Below, one piece after another: positions 47,151-60,900 of a stretch of DNA of 64,000 nt. The notes beneath the pieces were generated by a model. That model had not been told where the DNA came from. It did no database searches and saw nothing but the letters and a program-made list of their open reading frames with translations. Source of the DNA: Scyliorhinus canicula (taxonomy: Eukaryota); NCBI RefSeq assembly GCF_902713615.1, contig NW_024055457.1, positions 62,001-126,000 on the forward strand, written 5' to 3'. The translations under genes and the position numbers were made by a program. Positions within the stretch are counted from its first letter, which is position 1, and the number at the start of each line of letters is the position of its first letter.

Positions 47151-47409
47151 TATATAAAAATATTGAAAATAGGATAAAGGTTGTTTGGCTGACGGTCAAT
47201 CACTGTCCTGTAAGGTAATGAGTCCTTTTGCTTCCCAATTGGCTGAGGAAGGCAGTGTGTCACAAGGATGGATGTGTTGACCGATTAATGGCTGGAGGAT
47301 GGGGCAGGTCATGTGATCAATCTCCAGGAATACATTTAATCAAAGTTGGCGAGGAGAGATGTTGTGAATTTCTATCCGAAACTGACAGTGAGGTTCTGTA
47401 AATTTACAG

Positions 47410-47605
47410 GATACTGGAAGTGGAGGTTTAACAGACGGGAAACACAAACCAAACGTCACATCGCGATCTGACAGAGTCTCTCGATTCATCAGAACCTGAA
47501 TATCAGCAGCATCTGGGTGTGGAAGGTAAAAGTTTGTCTGTTCTGTCTGTGAGGGAAGATTTCAGGTCTCAGTGTGACTGGAAAAGCCCCGAGATTCACA
47601 AACCC
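47410..47605 (+). pseudogene. Truncated ZNF exon (leader plus first degenerate finger)
   Basis: TTACAG| acceptor then ILEVEV*QTGNTNQTSHRDLTESLDSSEPEY; homologous to 36340 and 49311. Confidence 0.75.
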
Positions 47606-47609
47606 TGGT

Positions 47610-48670
47610 TAGGCCAAACCTGGAGAACTGTGTTCAGTTCGGGCAACAAACCTGAGGAAGGATAGAAGGGCCTCGGAGGGATGTCGCACAGATTTACCTG
47701 AGTGATACCTGAACCCTCCGAGGTTAAATTACAAAACTAGATTACACAAAAGAGTCAGAGACATGATGGCACAGAGAAGGGCATTCGGCCATTGAGTCCA
47801 TGCTAGCTCTCTGGAGCAATCCAGTCAGTGCCATTCTCCTGCTCTATCCCTGTATCCTCGCAGGTTTATTTCCCTCAGATCTGTATCCAATTTCCTTTTG
47901 AAATCAAATGATTCATGTATCTATTTTCAAACTCGCTGATAGGCAGCAAGTTTCAGGTCATTGCCGCTCGCTGTGTAAAAACATATTTCTCATATCACCT
48001 CATATCTCCTGTACCTTTACATACAAACTAGGAACAGGCCACTCGGCCCCTCGAGCCTGCTCAGCATTCAATAGGTTTGAAACAAATCTGTTGGACTTTA
48101 ACCTGGTGTTGTAAGACTTCTTACTGCACAGCATTCAATAAGATTGCGGCTGATTTCATTCTAACCTCAACTCCATATTCCTGCCGACCACTGATGACCA
48201 TTCACCCCCTTGCTCATCAAGAATCTATCCAGCTCTGCCTTAAAAATATTCAAGGACTCTGCTTCCACTGCCTTTTAAGGACGCGAGTTCCAAAGTCTGA
48301 TAGCCCTCAAGAGAATAAAAAATCCTCATCTCCATCTGAAATGGGTGACTTGTTATTTTGCAACAGTGACACCCTCGTTCTCGATTCTCCCTCAAGAGGA
48401 AACATCCTCTCCACATCAGGATCTTGTATAGTTCAATCCACGTTTTACCCAAAACTTTAAATCTGTGTCCCTAGTGCTTGTACGATCAGTGAATGGAAAC
48501 AGTTTCTTTGCCCACCTGATCAAAACTTGGCAGAACCTTGTGGACCTGAATCAAATCTCCCCTCAACCTCCTTTGCTGGAACCATTCTGGTAAATCTCCT
48601 CTGCACCTTCTCCAAGAACCTTCACATCCTTCCTGAAGAATGGTGACCAGAGCTTTATAAAGATTCATAG
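47610..48670. mobile_element. Mixed CR1 fragments and a Penelope-type tail piece (~48074-48125)
   Basis: LYKALV..RGDLIQVHK on the minus strand; TTTGAAACAAATCTGTTGGACTTTAACCTGGTGTTGTAAGAC is the reverse complement of 63295-63340. Confidence 0.6.
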
Positions 48671-48679
48671 AATAGAATT

Positions 48680-49015
48680 AGAACCATAGAATTCCTACAG
48701 TGCAGAAGGAAGCCATTCGGCCCATCAAGTCTGCACTGATTCTCTGAAAGGGCACCCTGCCTCGGCCCACAGCCCTACCTGTCCCTGTAACCCCACAGCC
48801 CCACCTAACCTGCACATCCCTGGACACTAAGGGGCAATTTATCAAGGCCAATCCACCTAACTTTCCCTTCTTTGGACTGTTGGAGGAAACCTGAGCACCG
48901 GGTGGAAACCCACGGAGACACGGGGAGAAAGTGCAAACTCCACACAGACAGTCACCATGGAATTGAACCCGGGTCCCTGGTGCTGTGAGGCAGCAGTGCT
49001 AATCACCGTGCCACC
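48680..49015 (-). mobile_element. V-SINE (HE1-like, long tail)
   Basis: Reverse complement of the 16915 and 22632 type. Confidence 0.85.
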
Positions 49016-49410
49016 AGAAGCATAGTTTTGGTATCAGTATTACTGTTTATGAAGCTCAAGGTCGAATTTGCTTTGCCATCTATTCTCTTTAATATGACTC
49101 GCAGATATAAAAAATCCCTCTACACCTCTTTCTCTCTCCTCACAAAGAGGCCAGTTGGGTTTTGTGACAATCCAGCAGTTTTCATGGTCACTTTTTCCCA
49201 GTGTCGACCCCACAAATGACCAGATTCATTCAGCTCAATTTCACAACCTGCCTTTGTGTTTTTGTGGGTTTCCCTCACTCCCTATTTTCTGTTTTCAATC
49301 ATTTTCACAGGGTGTTCGAAGGGGAGGCTTCAAAGTCCGGAAACTCAAACCAAGCATCACATCAGGATCTGACTGATCCTCAATTTATCATATCCTGAAC
49401 ATCATGTACT

Positions 49411-50281
49411 TTGAGCATGGAAGGAAAAAGCATCGTTCACAGTGCGGGGAAACCGTACACGTGTTGTGTGTGTGGACGAGGATTCAGTCAATCATCAGGC
49501 CTCACAAGCCACAAATGCAGTCACACTGAGGAGAAACCGTGGAAATGTGCGGACTGTGGGAAAGAATTTAGTTCCCCATCCAAGCTGGAAACTCATCGAC
49601 GCAGTCACACTGGAGAGAGACCATTCACCTGCTCCGAGTGTGGGAAGGGATTCACACAGTCATTCGACCTGCGGAAACACCAGAGAGTTCACACTGGGGA
49701 GAGACCATTCACCTGCTCCAAGTGTGGGAAGGGATTCACTCAGTCATCCACTCTGTCCACACCAGCGAATTCACACTGGGGAGAGACCATTCACCTGTTC
49801 AGAGTGTGGGAAAGGATTCACTAAGTCATCCCACCTGCTGAGACACCAGCGAGTTCACACTGGGGAGAGACCATTCACGTGCTCCAAGTGTGGGAAGGGA
49901 TTCTCTAAGTCATCTTCCCTGCTGAGTCACCAGCGAATTCACACTGGGGAAAGACCGTTCACGTGCTCCAAATGTGGGAAGGGATTCACTGAATCATCCA
50001 CTCTGTCCACACACCAGCGAGTTCACACTGGTGTGAGACGTTTCAATGTCCAGACTGGGAAGTGCTATAAAAGTTCCGGGGAACTGATGAACCATCAACG
50101 TGTTCACACTGATGAGAAACCGTTCAGGTGCTCTCACTGTGGGACTGGGTTCAGACAATCATCTAACCTCACTGTACATCAACGAATTCACACTGGGGAG
50201 AGGCCATACACCTGCGTCAAGTGTGGGAAGGGATTCACCACTTCATCCAACCTGCTGACACACCAACGAGGCCACAAGTAA
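49411..50281 (+). pseudogene. C2H2 zinc-finger gene, ~10 fingers, frameshifted; paralog of the 43473-44153 ORF
   Basis: [29 protein letters not shown] start; 2-nt deletion near 49760; compensating indels at ~50045-50065; acceptor TTTTCACAG| at 49310. Confidence 0.85.
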
Positions 50282-50479
50282 CCATAGTGATTGTATTTTG
50301 CTGTTCCTCACATTCAGGACTGAACCAGGTTAATTTGGGTCTCTTTCTGCTGATCACAAACTCCAGCCCATTTACAGGAGCTGATATTCTGGCTAAAAAT
50401 CAAATAAATTAGATTTGTGTTAAATACGCAGTGTGTTGAAACTTTTTAATATCTCTGACACAAGTTTGTTCCTTTTGAA

Positions 50480-51030
50480 GTACTCTCGCTCTCCCCTGTC
50501 TCTTCCATCCTCACCTCCAACAAGAAGTGTGAGGAGCTTGTGGAGCTTCTTTGTGACTGAGGTTGAGTAAATCCGATCAGCTGCCTTGCTGCCCTCCCTC
50601 CCTTCCACGAGCCCACCGGACCAAACTGTCCTAATTCATCCTTTTCCCGAGCCCTGAACCCACATCTTCTCTAGTTTCTCTCCCATCTCCCCTCGTGCCC
50701 TCTCAGAGATCATCTTGTCCATGAGACCCAGCTCCTGCTCATCAACCCTATTCCCACTGAACTACTGATCAGCCAACTACCCTGTGTCATGGATATTGTC
50801 AACATTTCTCTCTCTTCAGGTACTGTCCCTCTGTCTTCAAATCTGCCATCATCACCCTCTCCTCAATAAAACAAACCCTGACCCTGCATCCTTACAAATT
50901 ACTGCCCCATCTTCAACCTCCTCTCCCCTCCAAACTATTTGAACATGTTGTCACAGTCACCTCCCAAATCCTTGGCCCATCTTTCCCAGAACTCCCATGT
51001 TTGAATCCCTTCAATCAGGTCTCTGCCCTG
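50480..51030 (+). mobile_element. Decayed L2/CR1-type LINE fragment
   Basis: AAACCCTGACCCTGCATCCTTACAAATTACTGCCCCATCTTCAACCTC resembles KPxLDPxxxxNYRPISNL. Confidence 0.6.
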
Positions 51031-51034
51031 TCAC

Positions 51035-51365
51035 AGTGAAATACAAGAGACTAACAGAATCTCACCCGGAGAGAAAGACAGACAATCCGGGAGCTTGGAT
51101 CCAACACGGATATGTTCATAAGACCAGAAGACAAGGGTAGCAGCACAGTCATTATCGAGGGACAACAATACCTGCTGGAAACAGACAGACAACTAAACAA
51201 CTCAAATGACAACACCAAGCTACCTAGACCCATATACCCCAGACAGGAAGGAGAATTGGAGACAGACTGGAAGAACTCAGACTCCAGACACATTAACCAA
51301 AAACAGATGGAATATCCGAGGGGACAACAGGTAGAATAAAGGAAGTTCGACCTGCTCCCTAAAGT
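51035..51365 (+). mobile_element. Penelope-like RT fragment
   Basis: IRPEDKGSSTVII..YLLETDRQL resembles the Penelope-type KPADKG..Y..EAxRQL motif. Confidence 0.65.
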
Positions 51366-51384
51366 ACCCCAACATATAATAATA

Positions 51385-52460
51385 TTCTTTGTTATTGCCA
51401 CAAGTAGGCTTACATTAACATTGCAATGAAGTTACCGTGAAAAGCCCCTCGTCGCCACAATCCTGTTTAGGTGTACAGAGGGATAATTCAAAATGTCCAA
51501 AATCACCTAACAAGCACATCTTTCGGGACTTGTGGGAGGAAACCAGAGCACCCGGAGGAAACCCACGCAGACAAGGAGGGAACGTGCAGACACCGCACAG
51601 ACTGTGACCCAAACGCGAATTGAACGAGGAATCCTGGCGCTGTGAAGCAACAGTGCTAACCACTGTGTACCGTCAGAAATACCGGCAAACAGACACATCG
51701 GATCAGACTGTGAGAGAGAAAATCCTCCAGAATCAGAGAATTTACAATGCAGAAGGAGGCCATTCCACCCATTGAGACTGCACCGGCTCTTGGAAAAGCA
51801 CCCTATTTAAGAGCATGCCTCCACCCTATCCCCGTAACCCAGTAACTCCACCTAACCTTTGTTTGGACACTAGGGCAATTTCGAGTGGTCAATCCACGCA
51901 GCCTGCACATCTTTGGAGAAATGGAGCACCCGGAGGGAACTCATACAGACACGGGAGAATGTACAAACTCCACACAATCACCCAAGGCCGGAATAGCTGA
52001 AATATCAACACACTGCTCCTGGTAGTTCATGCGACAGTGGTTCAATAAATATAATTAATGGATCAAAAAGGGTGTAATATAGAATAAAAACAGAAATGCG
52101 AGATTAACTCAACAGATCTGGCAGCATCATTGAATCCCTACATTGCAGAAGGAGGCCATTCGTCCCATCGAGTTTGCACCAATCTACAAAAGAGCACCCA
52201 CCCAGGCTCAAACTCCCTTGCCCTATCCCCGTAACCCAACTTCACCTTTGGACACTAAGGGGCAATTTAGCACAGCCAATCCACAAACCTGCACATCTTT
52301 GGACGGTGGGAGAAAACTGCAGCACCCAGAGGAACCCACACAGACACGGGAGAATGTGCAAACTCCACACAGTCACACCAGGTGGAATTGAACCAGGTCG
52401 ATGGTGTGGCAATGCTAACCACTGTGCAATGCAGCAGTGCTAATCACTGTGCCACCATGC
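51385..52460 (-). mobile_element. Three adjacent minus-strand V-SINE copies (51385-51670, 51730-52000, 52130-52460)
   Basis: V-core and both tail types present. Confidence 0.82.
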
Positions 52461-52729
52461 CACATCTGTGGCGAATGAAACAGAGGTTACGTTTGTTGTT
52501 CCTTGTTGTAACTGTTCTGTAGAAGGCTCAATGGACTCTAAAAACTTCCACCAGAGTGGAAAGAAATTGTTTTCTTCAAGTTTGGACTCGGAAGAAGTTT
52601 CAGTCTGTGTGAAGCTCAATATTCAATCACACAAAACCTGCAGACTGATTGGATGGAGGACCAGAGTCCATCCGGTCCTCCAAGTTCTTCAATTGGTCAA
52701 CACCTCTCAGGCAGGAAATGAGATTCTGG

Positions 52730-53035
52730 AACCCACGCCACGTGGCCAATGGGAAGAAAAAAATGATGGCAGACTCTCAGCGAATGAGGGAGGTCCACGA
52801 TCAGCCCGCCCCTCATCACTCTGATGGTTGACGAACCAGCCGCTCCCGCTCGGTCCTCCAGTTTCCCTCTCTTCTTATTGGGTCCGGAGCTGCATCAATC
52901 ATTCCACGGGTATTGTGATGTGGGCATGCGCAGTGCAAACTACTGTCCCGGGACAGACGCTTGTTTGTCTCATCTTCAGGAGGAAAGGAGGCGGATAAGC
53001 GGAGGCAGCGTTAGGGGCAGTGGGTGGGAGGGGAG
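52730..53035. promoter_or_regulatory. CpG-rich promoter-like segment
   Basis: CACGTG, CCAAT, CCCGCCCC, GCATGCGCA (52924-52932, NRF1-like) and ACTACTGTCCCGG (52939-52951, ZNF143/SBS-like). Confidence 0.5.
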
Positions 53036-53144
53036 GCTCACACACACCCAGTGCCGCAAAGCTGACACAAGAAATTACCGCTCCCAGTTTGCTCCGAGTG
53101 GGAAGGATTTCCTGCAGCCTTTCCCTAGTTAACCCACCATCCTC

Positions 53145-54340
53145 ATCAGGTTAAAGTCAACAGGTTTGATTCAAACACGAGCTTTCGGAGCGCAGCTCTT
53201 CCTCAGGTGAATGGTGAGGTATGTTCCAGAAACATTGATATAGACAAAGTCAGAGATGCTGGACAATGCTTGAAATGCAGGCATTAGCAGGTAATCAAAT
53301 CATTACAGATCCAGGGAGAGGGATAATCACAGGTTAAAGAGGTGTAAATTGTCTCAAGCCCGAACAGTTGGTAGGATTTTGCAAGCCAGGCCTGATGGTG
53401 GGGGGGTGGATGTAATGCGACATGAATCCAAGATCCCGGTTGAGGCCGCACTCATGCGTGCGGAACTTAGCTATAAGTTTTTGCTCGGTAATTCTGCGTT
53501 GCGCGTGTCCTGAAGACCACCTTGGAGAACGCTTACCCGGAGATCAGAGGCTGAATGCCCTTGACTGCTGAAGTGTTCCCCGACTGGAAGGGAACATTCC
53601 TGCCTGGTGATTGTTGCACGATGCCCGTTTCATTCGTTGTTGCAGTGTCTGCATGGTCTCGCCAATGTACCGCTTCGGGACATCCTTTCCTGCAGAGTAA
53701 GAGGTAGGACTACATTGGTTGAGTCGCACGCGTATGTGCCGCGTACCTGGTGGGTGGTGTTACCACGTGTAATGGTGGTATCCGAGTCGATGATCTGGCA
53801 TGTCTTGCAGAGATTGCCCTGGCAGGGTGTGTGGTGTCGTGGTCGCTGTTCTGAAGGCTGGGTAATTTGCTGCAAACAATGGTTTGTTTGAGGTTGCGCG
53901 GTTGTTTGAAGGCCAGTAGTGGGGGTGTGGGATGACCTTGGCAAGATGTTCTATCTTCATGATGATGTGTTGAAGGCTGCGAAGAAGATGTCGTAGTTTC
54001 TCCGCCCCAGGACGACGACGTCCTGGACGACGAAGGGTACTCTGTCAGTGGTGTCCCGTAGTGTGTCTTCTGAGGAGGTCGGTTGCGGTTTTTTTGCTTG
54101 TGGCGCGTTGGAACTGTCGATCGATGAGTCGAGCGCATATCTCGTTCGTACGAGGGCATCTTTCAGCATCGTAGGTGTCTGTTACGCTCCTCCTCGTCTG
54201 AGCAGATCCGTGTATACGGAGGGCTTGTCCATAGGGGATGGCTTCTTTAATGTGTTTCGGGTGAAAGCTGGAGAAGTGGAGCATCGTGAGGTTGTCTGTG
54301 GGCTTGCGGTTAAAGCGTTTTTTTTTTTTCGTTTGCTGCA
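53145..54340 (-). mobile_element. Penelope-like element 3' part (RT thumb plus GIY-YIG endonuclease), frameshifted
   Basis: HPKHIKEAIPYGQALR; YIGETMQTLQQRM..LPVGEHFS..EQKLIAKFRTHECGLN pieced across frames. Confidence 0.85.
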
Positions 54341-54666
54341 CCGCAGATCTCGCGGTCTGCTGTTCCGGTTCATTGGTCGTCTCCTGGGTTCTTACTGTGC
54401 TCTTCTTACTGTGCTCACCCCAGTCCAACGCCGGCATCGCCACATCATCCTCATAAGGGGCAGTGTGCAGCAGGGCACATGCACGGTGATCCCTGTCCAC
54501 TCAGCAGGACTGACAGTGATGGATTCTGGAAACTCCTTTTACAGGGGGTTACAAGGGAGGATTTAAACACAGCAAAGTGAAATCAAACAAGGCATTAAGA
54601 CCTGAACTTCTGTTTTGAACCAAATGTATTGACAATTTTTATATGATGCAGAGCAAGACCAGCAGT

Positions 54667-54970
54667 GTGGGCAGCACAGTGGTTAGCATTGTTGCTCTAC
54701 AGCACCAGGGTCGCAGGTTCAATTCCTGGCTTGGGTCACTGTCTGTGAAGAGTCTTCACATTCTCCCTGTGTCTGCGTGGGTTTCCTCCGAGTGCTCCGG
54801 TTTCCTCCACAGGCCCCGAAAGGACATGCTGTTAGGTAATTTGGACATTCTGAATTCTCCCTCCGTGTACCCGAACAGGCCCGGAATGTGGCGGATTAGC
54901 GGCTTCTCACAGTCACTTCATTGCAGTGTTAATATAAGCTAACTTGCGACAACAAAGATTATTATTATAA
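54667..54970 (+). mobile_element. V-SINE, GACAA-type tail
   Basis: GGGCAGCACAGTGGTTAGC head, GGTTCAATTCC, V-core. Confidence 0.87.
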
Positions 54971-55184
54971 TAAATAAAATCAAAACCTGGGTGAGGGTCA
55001 CATTCAGGAGAAGTTATTAAAATGTAACCACATACAGATAAACTATATCAGGATTTACTGATATTTCCATTTGAATCACTGCTCCTGGTACATGACACCT
55101 CTTAACTTGATCCATCACACCAACACTTGGACTAACTGGCTGGGCTGAGGTCTGTATTGGATAAAAACCCGAGGATCACTTGTC

Positions 55185-55800
55185 ATCACAGAATCCTAGA
55201 AATTTACAGCACAGAGGAGGCCATTCAGCCCATTGTGTCTGTGTGGGTTTATCCAGCCCACTTTCCACCTCTTGGTCTGTAGCCCTGCAGGTCACAGAAA
55301 CTCCACATCAGGGTGTCTTTCAATGTGATCAGGGTTTCTGTCTCTACCTACCTTTTAGACAGAGTTCCAGACCCCCAGCAAACCCCTAGGTGAAGAAAAT
55401 CCTCAATTCCCCTCTAATCTTTCCAATAGATACTTAAATTTCTGCCCCCTGGTTACTGACCTGCCTGTTAATGAAATAGGTCCTTCTGCCGTCTGATCCA
55501 CTATATCTGGACCCTCATGATTTTATACGCCTCAATTAAATGTCCACTCAGCCTCCTCTGTTCCACAGAAAACAATCCCAGTCAATCCAATCTTTCCTCA
55601 GTTAAAATTCCCAAATCCTGGAAACATCCAGATAAATCTCTTCCGTACTCTCTCCAGTACAATCACATTCTTCCTGTAATGTGATGACCAGAACTTTACT
55701 CCGTAGTCTAGCTGTGATATAACTCGTGATTTTAGTTCTAGAATAACCATTCTGTAACCTTCAATGTGATGGAAACTCACAGCTGCAACCTGTCAGCGTT
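55185..55800 (-). mobile_element. CR1 3' fragment
   Basis: LDYGVKFWSSHYRKNVIVLERVRKRF (CR1 C-terminal motif). Confidence 0.78.
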
Positions 55801-55947
55801 TGAAAGATATTTACAAATTATTTGAGAGTTTCTTACAGTTGCGATCTTTCTCTGTTCTGTCCACTCAACGTGTTTGATAACAGACTTTCTCCTGTGAACA
55901 TCCAGCTGAAGTTTGGGCCTTGATGTGTTTCCTTGTTCATCTTGTTC

Positions 55948-56045
55948 AAATCGCTTATTGTCACGAGTAGGCGTCAATGAAGTTACTGTGAAAAGCCCCT
56001 AGTCGCCACATTTCCGGCGCCTGTCCGGGGAGGCTGGTACGGGAG
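55948..56045 (-). mobile_element. 5'-truncated short tRNA-like SINE
   Basis: Tail and body of the 61671 family. Confidence 0.8.
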
Positions 56046-56244
56046 AGAGGCTGGTAGAGGTATTGTTGCTCTAAACATTGAATCTTTTGCTTTCAGACAC
56101 CAGATAATCAAACTCCCAACAACAGATTGTCTTTTACTGACTTTATTAACAGCTCTGCAATAAAACAGACAGTCAAATCCTTACATAGTTCCTGGTCCTC
56201 CGTGAAATACTTAACGATAACCTCTATATGTACTTTCATATGTT

Positions 56245-56990
56245 CTACAAGAAACTAAGGACATTGGTATGTCCACATGACTCTTGCCAATGTTTACAGA
56301 TGCACCGTAGAAAGCATCCTATCTGGCTGCATCACAGCCTGGTATGGCAACTGATCGGCCCAAGACCGTTTCTTAATGGTGGATTAACCACGCTAAATTG
56401 TCCCTTAGTTTCCAGAATGATGCTTGGGTTAGGTTAGGAGTTCTTGAGATAGGGAAGGGGAATGGGCTGGGTTGAGTGTTATTTCAGAGGGTCGGTGAAG
56501 ACTCAATGCGCTGAATGGCCGCCCATCTGCACTGGAGTGATTTTAACTACAGAGATGTGAACACAGCCCAGGACATCACATGAACCTGCCTCCCTCCCAT
56601 GACTCTGTCTACACCCCCTGCTGCCTTAGGCAAGTGGGCAGCATAGGGGCTTTTCAGTAAGCTCATACTTGTGACAATAAAGATCATAATCAAAAGACCC
56701 CTTCCATCAGACAGAAGATACAAAAGTTTGAGATCACGCAGTAACAGATTCATAAACCACTTCCTTCCCCGCTGCTGCCAGACTCCGAAACGACCCTCTC
56801 ATGGACTGAACTCATTTGTCACACATCTTCTCTGCTGTAGCTCCATACTCCATATGCTTCACCGATGTCTATGTATTTACATTGTGTACCTATGTCCTAC
56901 GTTTTTCATGTTTTGGACGATCTAACTGGACTGCATGCAGAACAATAATTTTCACTGTACCTCGGTATAGTGACAATAAATGTAAATCTT
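56245..56990 (+). mobile_element. Rex1/Babar-like LINE 3' end with nested SINE pieces
   Basis: TACAGATGCACCGTAGAAAGCATCCTATCTGGCTGCATCACAGCCTGGTATGGCAACTG (YRCTVESILSGCITAWYGN); RRYKSLRSRSNRF; tail TTTTCACTGTACCTCGGTATAGTGACAATAAA. Confidence 0.7.
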
Positions 56991-57039
56991 CTTCAGAGCC
57001 TGTAACAGAGGAATGGTGTGTAGGTCTGTAACTAATATC

Positions 57040-57180
57040 ATTTTCTTTTTTAAAATTTAGAGTACCCAATTCATTTTTTCCAATTAAGGGGCAATTTTGA
57101 GTTTCCAATCCACCTCCCATGAGCATCTTTGGGTTGTGGGGGTGAGACCCATGCAAACACAGGGAGAATGTGCAAACTCC
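57040..57180 (-). mobile_element. V-SINE short-tail variant, partial
   Basis: Reverse complement of the 28693-28920 tail. Confidence 0.75.
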
Positions 57181-57444
57181 AATTGTAACATCATTTTAAT
57201 TCAATATTTCTTCTTTTAATATCCTGTCCACCATTTCCCTGTCACCTGATTAATTGTTAATTGTTATCACAGGATTGTCCTCAGATTTCCATTGTTTAGC
57301 TTGCTTCCTTTGTTCAAATCTGAACTTTATGTACCTTACATTGCAATTCTGCCTTTGTGCAGTGAACCTGATGCCCATCCAATGAAGGGAAGCATTATGT
57401 ATGTTTGCTTGACTACCTTATCTACTTGTGCTGCCACCTTCAAG

Positions 57445-57702
57445 ATTTTTAAGGTGATTGGAGGAAGGTATAGGGAGATGTCAGAGGTAGGTTCTTTACA
57501 CAGAGTGGTGGGTGTGTGGAATGCACTGCCAGCAGAGGTGGTGGAGTCAGAGTCATCAGACACATTTAAGCGACTCTTAGACAGGCACATGGACAGCAGT
57601 AAATTGAAGGGGTGTAGGTTAGGTTGACCTTAGATTAGTATAAATGGTCGGCACAACATCGTGGGCTGATGGGCCTGTGCTGTACTGTTCTATGTTCTAT
57701 CT
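57445..57702 (+). mobile_element. CR1 3' tail fragment
   Basis: RVVGVWNALPAEVVES..FKRLLDRHMD and (TGTTCTA)n end. Confidence 0.8.
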
Positions 57703-58554
57703 GGGGACCTGGAGGCTCAGATCTCTCTGACTTTCTATATTCCTAAGAGTTTGCCGTTTATGGTCCCCTCTCGTTAGACCTACCAAAATGCATTACCAGA
57801 CATTTGTCCAGATTAAACTTCATCTGCCATTTCTCTGCGAGATGCTCTGAGACAACAGTCAGTCTTACAACCCCAAATTGAAGCCTACTTGTGACAATAA
57901 GCGATTATTAAAAGAGGCCCCTTCGGCCCATCGTGTCTGTGCCGGCCATCAAGCACCGATTATTCTAATCCCATTTTCCAGCACTTGATCCATGGTATGT
58001 ATGTTCTGATGATTAAGTGCTCCCCTAAATGCTTCTAAAATGTTGTGAGGGTTCCTGCCTCGACCACCCTTTCAGGCAGTGAGTTCCAGATTCCAACACT
58101 CTGTGTGAAAATGTTTCTCCTCAAATCTCCGGCTCCTTTCCACAAATATCTGCTTCGTGGTTACTGTGTCCTTGATTCAGGGAAAACATTATTTCTATCC
58201 ACCCATGTCCCTCATAATTTTGGACACTTCAATAAAATCCCCCCCCCCCCCCTTCCCTGCCACAAGGAAAACAACCCCAACCTAACCAGCCTCTCTTCAT
58301 AGCTGAAACGCTCCAGTCCAGACAATGAGTCCAGTATCTGAAGTGATTAAGACAGGGTTTTGTTTTATTGATCACGGGGAATGTTAGTGATACCTCCCTG
58401 GATCCCAAGGCGACGAGAGACACTCTGAAGGTATGGGGAGCTGGGACTTATCCATGAGAATAACTGGAAGTTTGAGACTGACATAATCGGAGTTAGAAAG
58501 GAGGAAAAGAGTCAGTCCTGGGTGTGTGATTCTCAACAGGAACAACAGAATTCA

Positions 58555-60031
<1,477 letters not shown>

Positions 60032-60874
60032 CTGTAAGTAAATTTACAATTAATTACAAGAATATATAACACGTAATTGGCCTTTGGCCCATCTGGTCCG
60101 TACTAGAGTTTCTGCTTCACACCAAGACTCCCCTCATTCTGCTGACCTCATCTCAGCTCGAGAGCTTCGCATTCTGATCCCATTTCTCTCAGGTCCTCAT
60201 TTAGTTTCCTTTTGAAAGCAACTCAGTGAACTCCACTGTCTGAAGAAAGGATTATTTCCTGTTTTTCTTTAGGATTTATTCGTCTCTATTATGTATTCCA
60301 GAGATGATGGTGGTGCAGCGGTAGATTACCCTGACTCTGAACCAGCTCTGGGTTCCAGTCCAGGTTGATGACCAGGGAAAGTGTGTTCATAACGTGGCCA
60401 AACATTGAGTATCAATAAGAGTAAAATCCTGTGGATGCAGGAATCTGAAACAGAGATAGAGAATGCGGGAGAACTCAGCGGGTCTGGAGGGTCTGTGCAA
60501 AGTGAAATAGAGTTAACGTTTTGAGTCTGTCTGACTCTTCTTCATAGCATCAGCCTGTAAATCCTTCCAACAGACACCAACAGCAGACCCCAGGTGTGGG
60601 AGAGATTCTGGTCAGCCACATGATGGAATGAAATTGGAGCCTCCCCATCTCAATCCTCAGCTCCAACCCAGTAAAGACCGATATCAGAAGAGACCCAATA
60701 TTTCTCTTGGTTTGAGTTTGCTGTGTTTAAATCCGTCCCTTCTTCAACCCCCCCCTGCAAAAGGAGTTTCCAGAATCCATCACTGTTCGTTCAGGATAGA
60801 AATTCACAACATTCTCTACTCCTGCTGACAGGACCGGGAGCATCACACTGTGCGCCCTGCTGCACTTTGCCCCC

Positions 60875-60900
60875 TATAAAGATGGCGGGCGTGCATGCAC
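60875..60900 (+). promoter_or_regulatory. TATA, YY1 and NRF1-like motif cluster
   Basis: TATAAA 60875-60880 overlapping AAGATGGCGG 60879-60888; palindrome GTGCATGCAC 60891-60900. Confidence 0.4.

Noticed and set aside
46660-47263. Poly-Pro and poly-Gly ORFs
   Set aside because: Translation of the G-tract
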